In this document: positions 1 through 13,701 of the stretch, one piece after another
How positions within the stretch are numbered: position 1 is the stretch's first letter
How the letters are laid out: each line of letters starts with the position of its first letter
NCBI RefSeq assembly: GCF_006345805.1
Contig: NC_042998.1
Location: 17,484,001 to 17,548,000 of the forward strand
From: Octopus sinensis
Taxonomy: Eukaryota
Direction of reading: 5' to 3'
Length of the DNA stretch: 64,000 nt
The notes under the pieces: model-generated
Database searches by the model: none
The model's input: the letters and a program-made list of their open reading frames with translations, nothing else
What the model was told of the DNA's origin: nothing
Position numbers and translations under genes: made by a program

Positions 1-1440
1 AAATACTTAGGAATCCATGAACTAGATAAGACACAACACACACAAATGAAAGAGAAAATAAAAAAAGAATATTATAGACGAGTTAGATCAATACTAAAAA
101 CAGAGCTCAATGCTAAAAACAAGATAATAGGTATCAACACTTTAGCTGTCCCAGTTATAAGTTACAGCTACAATATCCTTAACTGGACACGAAATGAACT
201 GACCAAAATAGATAGGAAAACAAGAAAAATAATGACAGGATCTAGGATGCATCACCCAAAATCTGACATAGAAAGACTATATATACAACGTATAGAAGGT
301 GGTAGAGGCCTTATATGCTGGAAAACTACTATAAAATAACCACCATAGGACTGCAAAAATATCTACTTCAGAAGGAAGGAAAACTGATCCAGATAGCGGC
401 AAAACACGAGCAAAACAAAAAACTGTTCTCAGTATTTAAGGAAGCTGACAAATACGAACAAGAAATCATACCACCTAATAAACATGATGAAGAAGAAGAA
501 GATGAAGAAACAACAAAAGCTATAAAACAAATGAAATCCAAACTAAAAATAGAACAGCAACGAACCATGATACAACGATGGCAAGAAAAGCCCCTTCATG
601 GTAAATAGTGGACTAAACTAAACGCAAAAGAAATAGACAAAGAAAAATCCCAGCAATGGTTGAGAAGCTCAGGACTCAAAGTAGAAACAGATGGATTTTT
701 AATTGCAGCACAAGACCAAAGCCTCCCCACCAGAAATTACCAAAAACATGTAATGAAAAGAAATATTACAAGTAACTGCAGAATATGTGGAGATGGACAA
801 GAAACAATAAATCATATTATCTCTAGCTGCCCAGTCCTGGCTAAGAAGGAATATATTCACAGACATGACAGAGTTGGAACCTACATACATTGGAAGCTAT
901 GCCAACATTATGGAATAACAACAGAAAAAAGATGGTATAGGTACACACCAGAAAAGGTTACAGAAAACGAGAAAGCAACCATACTCTGGGATATGCCGAT
1001 ACACACAGATAGAGAAATTAAGGCCAACAGACCAGATATAGTTGTCAGAGATCATGAAGAAAAAAAATGCTTTCTAATTGATGTATCAATACCGGCAGAT
1101 GACAACGTGTCTCTAAAAGAAATGGAGAAACTCTCAAAATACAAAGACCTGGAAATAGAGGTAACTAGAATGTGGAATCTGAAAACAGAAACAATTCCTA
1201 TCATAGTAGGTGCATTAGGCATGATAAAAAAATATTCAGACAAATACATAACAAAAACACCAGGACTTACAAACACATATAACATACAGAAAATTGCACT
1301 ACTAGGTACTGCACACATCCTACGCAGAACACTTTCCATACAATAACCATCAGAGCATCACAACAAATCACAGCACATACCCAAGGCACACAGAGCTGCG
1401 CTCGGTAGTGAAGTAAAAGCACGCTATAAAAATAAAACTA

Positions 1441-1443
<3 letters not shown>
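1..1443 (+). mobile_element. R4/Dong-clade non-LTR retrotransposon, 3' half (RT end, CCHC zinc knuckle, RLE endonuclease, 3' UTR); runs off the window start
   Basis: Frame 1 begins KYLG (RT domain 7) and continues INTLAVPVISYS..W..IDRKTRK..HHPKSD..RLY. There is one frameshift near 315 and one TAG at 606-608. After these come CRICGDGQETINHIISSC (CCHC), RPDIV..IDVSIP..K..KY (PD-(D/E)xK RLE) and PIIVGALG..IQKIALLGTAHILRRTL*. The 3' UTR ends at 1443, directly before the (AAT)n tail. Confidence 0.93.

Positions 1444-1494
<51 letters not shown>
1444..1494 (+). repeat. (AAT)17 tail/target microsatellite of the R4/Dong element
   Basis: Perfect AAT run directly abutting the element 3' end. Confidence 0.95.
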
Positions 1495-1495
<1 letters not shown>

Positions 1496-2495
1496 TTGAA
1501 ACGGACATGCTGTTCAAACCCTCCTGAATATAGCAGATAATAAGTTTGCCAATAAAACTGAGCGATTAATTACTAGATTAAATTAACGCCTATTTAATAA
1601 CGTATTTAATAACATATTTCAGGAATTGACGTGAATTTCTGTAGCTACTTTCTCGACAGTTAATCAAATTTGTATATAAGACCAAAAGTTTACTTCGTGA
1701 ATTCTTGCATCATTTAAATATATCGGGAATAAAAACATTCGAAACTTTATGCATTTTTATAGCATCTTTTTTGTTTGCTTGCTGGTTTGTTTTTGTATTT
1801 GTTTTGCTAAGTGAGATTTGCTGACAGAACCAAATCAAATGAAAACGACTTCATATATATGGCATATATGAGCGAAATCATCAAAGAATCTTACGTAATA
1901 AGTACACTCACGATCAAGTCATACTTATGGAATATCATTAGTTGGAAATGCTTACATGCCTGTACTCCCTCTAGAGGTGCTTCAAATGTTAGGCCCATAA
2001 ATAAATTAACTGCAATAGAATAAATTAATTGATATTTTAGATTAACTTCAAAACCTAACTCTTAAAGCCAAGGAATGTGTATTCATTTAAGGTTGTATGG
2101 TTATGAAAGTGCCCTGTCTAATGTTTAATGTGTGGGGCTCGTAATCTTAAGATTGTAGATTCAATTTTCCCAACGCCCAGCATTCTTTTGTCTTGAGTGT
2201 GGCAATTTTTTCCACCTTGCTCTGTTCATTTTAGCTAAAACACGTGTTATTACTCGGTGTATCTCTCTCACTTTTTGTCTTTGTCTCTCTCTCTCCATTT
2301 TTCTCTCTCTTTCTCTCTCCTGTGTGTCTCTCTATCACTTCCAAGCTCTCATCTCCCGAATGTTTCGTTGCATGAAGGAGAGTAGGTAGGGAAGTTACAT
2401 CTGTTTGCAACACTATAAACACCTAAAGCGCTTTGCGAAAATATGGTGCCCTGCTAATACGTTATACTAATACTCGGTGATACACATTTATGAGA

Positions 2496-2542
<47 letters not shown>

Positions 2543-4965
2543 CTATGTGCTTTTCACTAGAAATAGAGATGCAAAGAAAAGAACAGATTGATCAGCAGAC
2601 AGACTGAATGTACTGTGGCTCATTATAATACGCCTGGTTGCGTTCGGCATATTAAATAAAACTATGGTTGATCCCTATATACACAGTATAGTGAATAGAA
2701 CAATTTAATACAATGAGATTAACTGTACAAGACAGGAAAACGTAAGGACTTCTGAGTTACAAACATCCAAGTTAACTTTCTGTAATTTCACTCAGGATCT
2801 CTAAGTCCAAGATTAGACACTCCTAGATTACCCAAGAAATATATTCTATTGTGTCTGTGTTTCTCTTATTTGAAAGCAGTGAATGTAAAAAAAATTCAAT
2901 TTTCTCACATATTCATATCTGACACCTGGCACTAATCTCCAATAATGCTACATCGTTGTGAATTTCAGCGTCATTAAGTATTACTGATTTACAAAGAAAC
3001 TATCAAACGTTTTAGTTCTCTATTCCAATCCGAAATCAAAATACACAACTGAATTACAACGTTTGTCAACAAAGTTATTCGTCTTTCTTTACTTCTATAA
3101 TTGGGTCCCTTTACCTTGTTAGAGCAATTATTTCGCACTTCTCACGTTTCTACTGCTGCAGTGATCGGAATGAGCTGTCTTAATGCCTGGTTAGAAAAAA
3201 ATATTAATATAGCGAGAGATTTCTATCTGATAAGTAATCATATACTTATATACCTATACAAAATACAATAAGACTGGCGCTTCTAAACTGTGATATAGAA
3301 AGAAATAAAGGTATATATATTGGTACATGTACTTCTCACATATATCGATATGAATATATATAACATATCGTATATTCAGAGGATCAGATGTTACAAAATT
3401 CTCAGAGTTACAAGTAGAATAATGTAGCATAAGTGATGCCGTAGCAAAAATGAAATATTAACAATTAAATATTAAAAAAATAAATATAAATATAGGAGCA
3501 ACGTTAAAAAAGATTTGCAGAGTTTGTATAGATACAAATATATATGCTTTCAGATAAATTGCTGATTGCATATATTCATAATCTTATCAGGCTTATGCTC
3601 ACCGTTCCTCACTCTGGTGTGAATATAATTATTTACTGCTGAATACTTCGAAAGTGTTGGGCACCCTCAATTAAATTTATAAAAAAGAAGTATTCTCTGT
3701 AGTGGAATGAAGTAGTTATTCGAATGCAGTAGTGTAATGAAAAAAGTAATTAAAGATTATCAGCTTTTGTTAAAACAAGCACGTTTCTTATATTTAGAGT
3801 GTTAAATTGCGTAAATAAACATTTAACACGCTAATGGCAATCTGCATGCTGCCAGCATGCGATCTTAAATTGAACAGCAACACTTTGAAAGTGCCAAGAC
3901 TTTTTGTTCGTTTCGATTCGGCATTTCTAGCAAAACTGTTCACACTGTTCACTCGTTAGCTACAGTGTCGAAATGTGTTTTATCAATTCTTTTACAACTT
4001 GTGTTTCATTACTAAATTTTTCTGATACACTATATGCTTAAATTACGTAATATCCCGTTAAAAGAGCAAGAACACATACGTCCTGCAAAACGTGGCAACT
4101 TCAAAGATGGATAGGGAAGTTCTAAAACGACTTCCATACGATAAAAAATAAACATATTTTTTCTGTCATATTTTTGTTCTGAAAACTAAGCTTTTTCAGC
4201 ACAAACTAATTCTCGATTGAGAGAAACATTTGACCAAATTGGGTGTGTACTGTGCACATCTAATACAGGTGGAAGAATTTACAGTGGTGCCGATTAAGCA
4301 AATATTTCCTTTTATTGTCTGTAATTAAAAACAATATCTTAAGTTGTTGAATGTACTTATTTCATATTTCTTTTAAATCAACCACATGTATTGTAATATA
4401 AAACAACTTTAATTCCAGCTTTACGTTTTGTAATTGATAAATATTTGACAATAGAGAGAATCGTTATATTTCAAATGAAAAGCAAAGCACATATGTGACC
4501 GCTTTAATACTGTAAACGTTTAAAAATGTATACTTGATATATAATATCTGATTAAGAATTTATATAACGTAAGATTTCAATGTTAGACTGGGGAAATTAA
4601 ATTCAGATCTACGATTTACATTAAATTTCAAATGATATATTGAACAACAGCAAGAATAGTTGGAAAATACAACTTTCCAGTTTATATTTTCATTGTAAAT
4701 TTTATTTAGCTTATGGTGTTACCGTTGGTGATTTTAGTGTTTAGTATTACCTTTTATCATGGAAATAGTTATCTTGAACATGCAGAGACTTTGTATTTCT
4801 GAAAACATAGTTTAATATATACATCTTTTTAAAATTTATAGAATTATATTCGTGGGGTATTTGGCTGTTATTTGAGCGTTCAGTTCAATGATATACAACG
4901 TTTTGTATATCATGGGAGCTAACAAATATTCGACGTGCGGATTTGTAGAAACAAAAGATAACACT

Positions 4966-5028
4966 GCGCAGGAGTATTTGTACGGTAAGAAGTTGGGTAG
5001 CAACTTGAGCAGTTGTCTTCTGCTATAG
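4966..5028 (+). mobile_element. Internally deleted 5' fragment of SINE family B
   Basis: gcgcaggagt..gtacggtaagaag....cttgagcagttgtcttctgctatag resembles the head and the cttgggcaagtgtcttctgctatag segment of the 47300 copy. Confidence 0.5.
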
Positions 5029-5054
5029 ACGCCCCATCCCCAGGCGGAAGTTTA

Positions 5055-5770
5055 CTCTTGACGGCGAAATCAATGTTAGACTACCTACGGCTACAAGGGC
5101 TTTTGGAAACCTTACCCATCGTTTGTGTTATGAGAACGATATCGATCTGAAAACGAAAATAGGTGTATAAAAATCTTGTATTTTGAGCACACTTTTGTAC
5201 CGGGCAGAAGCATGGGCACCTACTATAGATATATAAAGAAACTTTAAACCTTCCACTTGTGCTGTTTGCACAACATATGCAACACAAAAGGGCAAGACAG
5301 GATATCCAATGCGAACATCTTAAAAAAAATGTAATATCTTCAGTATCCAAAGCGTGCTGATGAGAATTCGGTTCAGATGGGTATGATATGTTGTTCGAAC
5401 GTAAAATGATTACATTCCGAAAATTCTTCTGTACGGCCAGGAATTGGAGGGATATCGCGGCAAAGGAAAACCTCTCCTTCGATATTAGAATACGTTACAG
5501 CAATCACTAAGATCTCAGAAGCTTAACCTGACATCTTGGAATGCCATTGCCTAGATCTGTCAGTATGGCGTAGAATGTGTTACGATGCATCCAAAAGTTT
5601 GAGGTGAAAAAGAAACAACAATATAAGAACGAAATCCCGCAACCAACGGACACACTTTCCTAATCACAGGCAAAATCGAAATCATCAACGTCCCCATTGT
5701 GACTTCATAACAACATCTATGGCTGGGATAAAATTACATTCATGCATCCGTCACCCATAGATGCAGCTTC
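5055..5770 (+). mobile_element. Decayed RTE-clade LINE, 3' coding fragment
   Basis: Frameshifted translation pieces: SLDGEINVRL..AFGNLTHRL..DIDLKTKIGV*KSCILSTLLYRAEAWA; FHLCCLHNICNTKGQDRISNANIL; RFRWV*YVVRT*NDYIPKILLYG; GKGKPLLRY; terminal CPHC..H. These match the RTE ORF C-terminus. Confidence 0.8.
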
Positions 5771-5963
5771 TTAGTTTCTTTCTTTTTTGTTTCTATTACA
5801 AATTTTAACTTGAAGCCCTAACCTTCAAACACACATACGGCGAAACCGACTGTAGCACCATCATATATATAAATTTATGTGCGTGTGTGTATGTGTGTGT
5901 GTGTGTTTGCGCCTGTGTGTGCATTATGTATGTATATATATGTATGTATAGATGCACACACAC

Positions 5964-6031
<68 letters not shown>

Positions 6032-6136
6032 AGTGTGTTCCCCATAGACGCTTGATAATCGCTAATGCTTTTTTTACGTCCCTGTAACTTAGCGGTTCCT
6101 TTATCCTTTATCGTGAAATGTAGAGCCAGTAGTACA

Positions 6137-6372
6137 AGGCGGCGAGCTGGCAGTAACGTTAGCACGCCGGGCGAAATGCGTAGCCGAATTTCGTCTGCCG
6201 ATACGTTCTGAGCTCAAATTCCGCCGAGGTCGACTTTGCCTTTCATCCTTTCGGGGTCGATTAAATAAGTACCAGTTACGCACTGGGGTCAATGTAAAAG
6301 ACTTAATCCCTTTGTCTGTTTTTGTTTGTCCCCTCTAGGTTTAGCCCCTTGTGGGTAATAAAGAAATAAGAA
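6137..6372 (+). mobile_element. tRNA-derived SINE family A, near full length
   Basis: Head ggcggcgagctggcag..ttagcacgccgggcgaaatg, B-box-like gagctcaaattcc, central ggggtcgattaaataagtaccagttacgcactggggtc and tail ataaagaaataagaa. A near-identical copy is at 63086. Confidence 0.85.
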
Positions 6373-8431
6373 GTAATGTCGTCGATTTTTTTCATGTCAA
6401 GTTGGTGCCACTGAGCAATGGCTGAAACAACAAGCGAAGTTGGAGTGTCTGAGACGTGTAATTTTCAATAACTTTACAAAACTGCATCTTAATTTTTTTC
6501 TCAAAGATTCGTATGTGAATATCTTATCGGTGTGGTTTATCGTCTTTAGAGTAAACATCATTTATTTAAACAATTTTATTCAAAATACCCGCGTCTAACC
6601 TGTGTTAGAGGACTTCAAACCACCGTAGTGTTTCGACTTCATTGCGCGTCTCTACAGAGAAAGCTACTACGCCAGAACAATGTATCGACAAGAGTAGGGC
6701 ATGCCATTTATAATAATCAGCAAACAAATTATATTCCTATTATAATTTATGATGATTGCTCATCGGCGAGAATCCAAACAATTGCATATTTATTTATTCT
6801 AAATACGTTCTAACAAATTCGAATGTGAATATCAGATCAAGGTTGGTTTTAGCTATCGGAGAACACCTCAACTAATTCGACGATTTGTGTTCATAACACA
6901 CGTTATTCACCCGTATAAGAGGACTCTCGGAATTAGAACTAGTCCTCTAAACGTAAGATTATTTCCCTGAGTGTTTGTGGGCGGAGGTGCGTGTGTGAGC
7001 GTGAGAGAGTATATGTACACATGTTCTGACCACAATACTCGTATAGTATAAAAAGTGCTTGTAAATGTAAAAGCACTCTTGACTCTTTAAAGAAGAATGT
7101 CGACTTCTATCATGTGAATGAGAATGCGATGCATCAGGTATTTCAAATGAATTCCGATCGGGTGTCATTCTCGAGAATATTAGTTTTGTACACAAAATGA
7201 TTGTAATGGAACCTATCATTTCATATATGATATTTATTACTTTTTTTTATCGATACCTGATTGAGGAAGTAACAACACCATTTCCAACAGAAGTAAAACT
7301 CAGAGACGTAGCTTAATATTGCTGTCAGTTTGAAGGACGTCTTATTGAATCAGTCAGTAGGCATGGGTTCCTGCAAGATACAGGATATGGTCGATGTGAA
7401 AGATCGCATCGTCTGCTTATTACTGATGCCATCGCAACCAAAATGACGGAAGGAATATCGATCCAGGCCATTCATAAAGGTCAACGTAAATAAAAGAAAA
7501 CTGCATTACCTTTTTGATCGATCTGCTGTTGCAGACATTTCATACTGATATTTCATACCTGTCGGTATGTAATCTTATTTATTATTAGGGAATTTGCAAA
7601 CTAATATGTTCCCCCTGCAAATGTGCATCACTAACATTAAATAATCTGGAAAGTAATTCATTAATTCGGGATATAGAATGTGTGTGTGTGCGTGCGTGCG
7701 TGTGTTCGTGCGCGTGTGTGTGTTTGCATATGTACATACACACACACATAATATATATGTATCTATACGGATATACGGATATTTGTGCGTCAATAACTCC
7801 ATGCATGTGCGCTTGTGACTTTTCGTACAATGGAATCACCTTTTGTTTGAAACTGATGGGTCTATTATACATACTACATTAATTTCATTGAAAGAGAGTA
7901 AGTGACTACGGTAGTGTAAATATAATTGAGCTTTCAACTCCGAATCAAACAAGCAGAAATGACAAATCTTTGTTTTTAATAGACCAGAAATTATGTAATG
8001 CCTTGTAAATTGGAGAGAAATTTAGAATTCTAAGAGAAATAATGTTCGGCTCTACTAAGTCTAAGACATTTAATAATGAGCAGTAATGAACGGTCATACG
8101 TAATTATTATTCAAGATGTTAATTTTAATATCTAGTTTGATTAAGATTGTAGTAATTATGCCAGTTAATGAGTTATGTTATTCCTATTAGAGCGCTTGTT
8201 ATATTACACTGCTGATAAATATCTACTTACATAGTAACGGTGAATGCTTAAAGAGATCGATAACAATAGTTTAGTTAAATTATACAGTTTCACTCATTGT
8301 ATAATTAGCATTTTGTATTTTAATTAGTCATTGATGTCTAGAGAATACAAACGAATAAGTTTTGCAAGAAAATAAAATTTAGAGTTTTTCTCCGGCAGGA
8401 TATGTAAAAAAATAGTTTATATATATATATA

Positions 8432-8625
8432 GTTAATCCAAACAAGAAAGCACAAAAAAACACAACAACGCGAGGACGTGGAACAAAAATAGTATTATTG
8501 GACGTTCAGGAAAGGAGGAAAGGTTTAACGTTTCGAGCGAAGATCTTCGTCGGAAACATAGGAGAAGGAAAGATCCAGAAAAGGGAAGACAGAGGGAAAA
8601 AAATCGCCAACGGTACACACGCGAT
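8432..8625 (-). mobile_element. Short (TA)n-embedded element with HHR-like motif (probable Penelope terminal-repeat derivative, subfamily 2)
   Basis: Bounded by TA repeats on both sides. Minus strand 8557-8523 reads gttt CCGACGA agatcttcgctc GAAA cg t t aaac. Confidence 0.55.
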
Positions 8626-8644
8626 CACATTTTATATATATATA

Positions 8645-9190
8645 TACTTAGATAACTTAGATATGTTTCGACCAAAGATTGGTCCAGGCCATGTCTAACT
8701 TAATAGCACCACCTGATAGGATTATTCGAATCCTGTTTAAGTCAAGTTTTGTTCAAGTAGTAAGTTCTTGTTGGGTGAGTTGTATCAAGTTTTGTTCAAG
8801 TAGTGAGTTCTTGTTGGGTGAGTTGTATCCAATTATGGGCGGCTTATCTGGTATTCTTTGAAGGAATCTATCCAGAGTCCGTTTAAAGTTGATGGCATCC
8901 TTTTCCTCTTTGATCTCCCTCGGGACAATGTTAGATAGGGCAGGGCCTGTTGAGGAAAAGAAATTATGTTGGAGTGTACATGTAAGTTGTGATCTTGAAT
9001 TGGGCAGGGGACGTATGGCCCGTGGTCCCAGTCTTGGATGAACCTTGAAGCTAATGTTAAGGTCGTTTGGGCAAAGTTGGCGGTATATTCTCCACATCGT
9101 ACAAATGATGTAGCGCTCACGGCGACGCTGGAGGGAGTAAAGTTTCAAGGCTTTAAGGCGATCCCAATAATCGAGAGCAGCCATGCCTTC
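8645..9190 (-). mobile_element. 5'-truncated CR1/L2-group LINE 3' end
   Basis: ORF 8753-9184 reads LDYWDRLKALKLYSLQRRRERY...FKRTLDRFLQRIPDKP, typical of the CR1/L2-group ORF2 C-terminus. It includes a 43-bp tandem duplication at about 8743-8828. Confidence 0.8.
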
Positions 9191-11135
9191 AATATATATA
9201 TATTTAAATTTTCAGTTCTTATTAGTAACAATAGCTTATTTCAACACAAAGAAACGGACTCATTTCTTTCAAATATCGATGTTTGCTTGAATTTAGTTCT
9301 TATCTCGCGATATAATGATATTGATAAATGCAGGTATAAGTAAACTCACTGTCTTCTCTCCCAAACTTCATACAGCGTTATAAGACCATAATTACCAGAC
9401 ACAGCTGGCTGATTCGCTATCAATAGACTCAAATGAGCTCGAAATTCGTTTTCTTTCATTGTCACCAATAGGAAAAAGATGCTCTTATGTACGCATTAAT
9501 TTCTGTGAAACTACATGAATGAGTCTAAGAGAAATTACTACATATTACATATTTGTTCTAAAGTTTTGTGAACACAACAGATTTTTCACTTTAGACGAGA
9601 ATGATATTCAGATAATGTAACTGGGATGTATTATTTTTACATTTTCATATAAATTGCATACAGAATCACAATTATATCAAAACTTTTTCTTCATATAGCT
9701 GAAATTATATTCCTGTATAATTACGGAAATATTAGTTAATTATAGAAATATTATAAGGACGTCTTTACACCCAGGTGGCAAGGATTAGGTAATCGGCTTA
9801 ATAGACATAATAGTTAATACATGACAGAAAATACGTTACCTAAATTACACATTGTTGTATTGAAAGAAGCAATTGTTATAAAAGAAATTATAAATTGCAC
9901 AGTGGTATTGAAATCTATGTAAAAGACGTAGAGCAAAAATCCCTTAGCTGGTTTTAGACTTTAAAATAAAAACAAGCAAATAATGGATTACCCGTCCATT
10001 TAGAATTAATGATATTTTATAACTGAGAAAATATTACAAAATTAAAGCAATATAACCAAATTAGGAAAAAAAGTAATTTATTAATTAAATTTAAATCTTT
10101 TTTTCGTTGGATTTAATATTTCAATTAACATTATCTTTTCACATCAGTAAAGGTTTCCAAAGGCAGCTTTGATGGATCAGCAGAGGCTTAAATTCTAGGC
10201 CTACTTTACATTTTTACATAGTTCCCTATTTTTTTTTATTATATTTTATTGAGAACACAGCTATGATATTTTTATCTGTGATTGTTTATTTTAAAACGAG
10301 CGCACAAAATTAATTATAAATTTTTATCAGCTTCCTTGCTTCATACAAATTTGATTAAATACGAAACAAAAGCCGGAACAAAGTTGCATCACCACTCTTT
10401 GTTTTGAAATATGCAACTGTTCTTTTTAATCGGCTTTCGCTTTTTATCCAATGCATAAAAAAGTATGACTAATGCTATTCATGTACAACCAATTACAAAT
10501 TCCCACACATATATTGAAGTGTTATTAAGTACGTAAGGACTACATTATTTGTGTCTAAATTAAAATATAATAACTTCATTATCTTAAGATTATTCTCCAA
10601 CCAATTGCACAGTCAGATAAAAATAACGTGTAATATGGTGTTCTATGCCAGTTAGTGATATGTGCTAAAAGTCGTTTGATTTTGAATTAAATATTATTCA
10701 AAATTATTCACCAGTCTATCCAAATGGATATACCTCACCATATCTAACTAAATCTACTTATTTCACCCTCTATATGTAAGCAAACACAGGCACACGCACA
10801 AACACACTCACACACACACACACACACACAACACACACACACACACACACACATATCAGAACGAAGGCAGCTATGCGCAATATAAAGCCAAAAGAAAAAT
10901 TCAGTTGTCACTAATTGTGACTGAAAGTGCTGGGTAGAGTCTGTATTGCTAGTAATAAGATTTACAACCCTTAGAACTGCAATGAAGCACATTTTCATAT
11001 ACTGCCAGGGGCAATGGCAGCCTCCTCTCAGGATATTAAAACGTGTTCTCTTGCAGTTCTGAATGTTATAATTCTTATTTCTAGCAATATAGAATCTACA
11101 CAACATCGTCAGTCACACATCTATATATATATATA

Positions 11136-11174
<39 letters not shown>

Positions 11175-11192
11175 GTATATATATATCTATTT

Positions 11193-11282
<90 letters not shown>

Positions 11283-11286
<4 letters not shown>

Positions 11287-11480
11287 AGAGTTTACGAAAA
11301 ACACAAGAGACGGAGACAGGTGGTGTACAAAACAAACAGATGTATTAGTATAACGCTCAGGAATAGGAAAAAGTCTTTTACGTTCCGAGCCTACGCTCTT
11401 CTACAGAAAGGGACACAGAAAAAACAAGGAGAGAAACAAGGAGAGAAAAACGTGTGTGTAGTGGCTAACGATCTATCATG
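11283..11480 (-). mobile_element. Short (TA)n-embedded element with HHR-like motif (subfamily 1)
   Basis: Homologous to 19192-19407, 52899-53080 and 38332-38420, and abuts a long (TA)n. The motif is at 11375-11410. Confidence 0.7.
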
Positions 11481-11753
11481 GCGACTGACTCGGACAGAAG
11501 GGTCACACACAAGGGGGGAAAGTTTAGAAAGTAACAAAATAAATTTATAAATAAAGTAATGACAATAATAACAGTTTTACGTAAAGTTCAAAGGTTTTTT
11601 TGACGTCGGGGTGTATTGCAAGGATTTCTCATCAAGAGTAAAGTCCACAGTGATCCGTATGTAGGAGAGGTGCAGCCGGAGGGTAAAGGACGAAGACACA
11701 CACACACACACATACACACACGCACATATATATATATATATTATATATATATA

Positions 11754-11800
<47 letters not shown>

Positions 11801-11914
11801 CATATTTATCTTTTATTAAACTTTTAATACTTTTGATATATAAAAACATATTAATTAATTAATTAATTAATAAAACTGTTTGATTTGCCTAATAGTGGTT
11901 TTATCGCTAATTTA

Positions 11915-11959
<45 letters not shown>

Positions 11960-11989
11960 GCACACACACACATATAGTGTTTTCTAGAG

Positions 11990-13140
11990 TACCTCAACGA
12001 AATCAAGTTCATTCCCCAAAGGTAGTGTGAAACTAAGTAAATTCACGATACCAGACAAAGCAGCAGCAGAATTAATATTTAATGCAATGGACCATTTTTC
12101 CTTAACACAACTTGTGCTTGAGCCAAGACTAAACAAATTTTAACCTGATATTAACGAAGAATTCTAGTTCCATCAATTGCGTTTCAATTGAAAACACTCT
12201 TCTCTGACCATTACATTGAACTCTGCCACCTTATTTTCCAGCATACCAAAGCTACCCAGTCATTCTTGCTCAGCATTCTTGTACGACAGCAAAAATATTC
12301 ACAAAGCAAAGTGGAGAACAATTAGTAAATATCTATAACTTATCGATTGGCAGCGCTCTTGGGACATTGTTACTTACATATGATCAAAACCAATTAATCT
12401 ACTACCACAAACTGAATCCACAATCAGCGTCATTAAGAAGGTTGAATTTGAAACAAAAATATATGTAGATCAGCATGAAAGCCTTCAGCGACAAAGAAAG
12501 AGGTTCAGAGGAAACGGAGTAATCAAAAATGTCAAACAGAACCCAAACGTGTTCAATTCATGTTCCAACAAGCACGGAATTACTGTCTCATCCATTGGTC
12601 TACTGATAGCATTCGCCAGCTTTACTCTAAAGGAATGTTAGAAGCATTTCAGAAACAATATTGCTCTCTATTTAGTGCTTCCACTGATATCGATGTAAGT
12701 GATCTGAACGAATTCAACACCTAATACATTATCTCTGACACAACTTTTATTGGCTTAGACAGCTTAACAATAATAAATGAAATCGAGTATTATTCTGCAT
12801 TAGGCTCTAATACATTCCCCCGCTATTATCCTGACAACAACTTCCAATCCCTCAAACCAACCTCCTATTAAATTATTTAGATTCAGGATATATATCTAAA
12901 CAGTTCTTATCCCAATCTGCTATCGAAGTCTTCAAAAGAGGGAAACCTATCTCTCGCAGTTAATTATTGACCAATCTCACTCACTTCCCAATATCATCAA
13001 ATTTTTTGAAAATGAGTGAGATAAAGGATGCCTGGCTTCCCGGAGAGCCGCAATCTTCGTAATTCAGCAAGCATGACTTTAACTGAGGGAAGAACCGACT
13101 AGTAAGGGCTTTTACATCACAACTGTGGTGACCTTAAAGC
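11990..13140 (+). mobile_element. Heavily decayed CR1/L2-group LINE ORF2 fragment (APE end to early RT)
   Basis: Frameshifted remnants: FSLTQLVLEP, LSDHY, HKAKWRTI..IDWQ, KQNPNVF, QKQYCSLFS, SALGSNTFP, NY*PISLTS..IIKFFE. Confidence 0.65.
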
Positions 13141-13701
13141 TTTGGATTAAACCGATTTTTAAAATCAGTTAACGGAATGTGAAGAATATGGATATGATAG
13201 CATTCCTGAATACCTAGGATACGTATAATGCATTAGATGCTTCAACAAACACCAATAATCACATATTTTAACAAACAAGTTTTGCCAAAACATAAACATT
13301 GTTAATAATGCCAAAGAAAGAGTAGCTACACAGCTAGCCTTATACAAGTCTAACGAAAATATGTTCAATCACTTTGTATTGTAATGTAATAAGTAGAGTG
13401 ACTATATTATGAATAAACTACCCAGAGGCGAAAGAAGAATTAAACGCCTTCACCAATACTATCAATATTTATGCACTAGGCATTCTTATGGTAAATCAGA
13501 ACAAAATATAACAAACTGAAATCAAAGCAATGTCGTTGCAGTGTGGACAGTGAAGATAAAGGCATCCCTAATAATAAAAGATGTGTACGAGGGGATTTTA
13601 AAGAGAGTTCATCTTCAACATTGCAACTCGGTTTCTTCAGAATTCACTCCGGCTATTTCGTTCAGATTTCCGAACGAAATAGCTGGAGTAAATGGCGATA
13701 G

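Noticed and set aside
5357-5432. CTGATGA...GAAA hammerhead-like spacing
   Set aside because: Stems I and III do not pair, and the sequence is explained as RTE coding DNA (LMRIRFRW..IPKILLYG).
6137-6235. tRNA-like A/B boxes here, at the heads of the other SINEs and at about 52637-52700
   Set aside because: No cloverleaf can be completed and the boxes continue into multi-copy SINE bodies, so these are not tRNA genes.
11590-11650. Minus-strand ttgatga...ga-cgtc-aaa, a possible decayed hammerhead
   Set aside because: C3 is altered, GAAA is incomplete and there is no stem II pairing.
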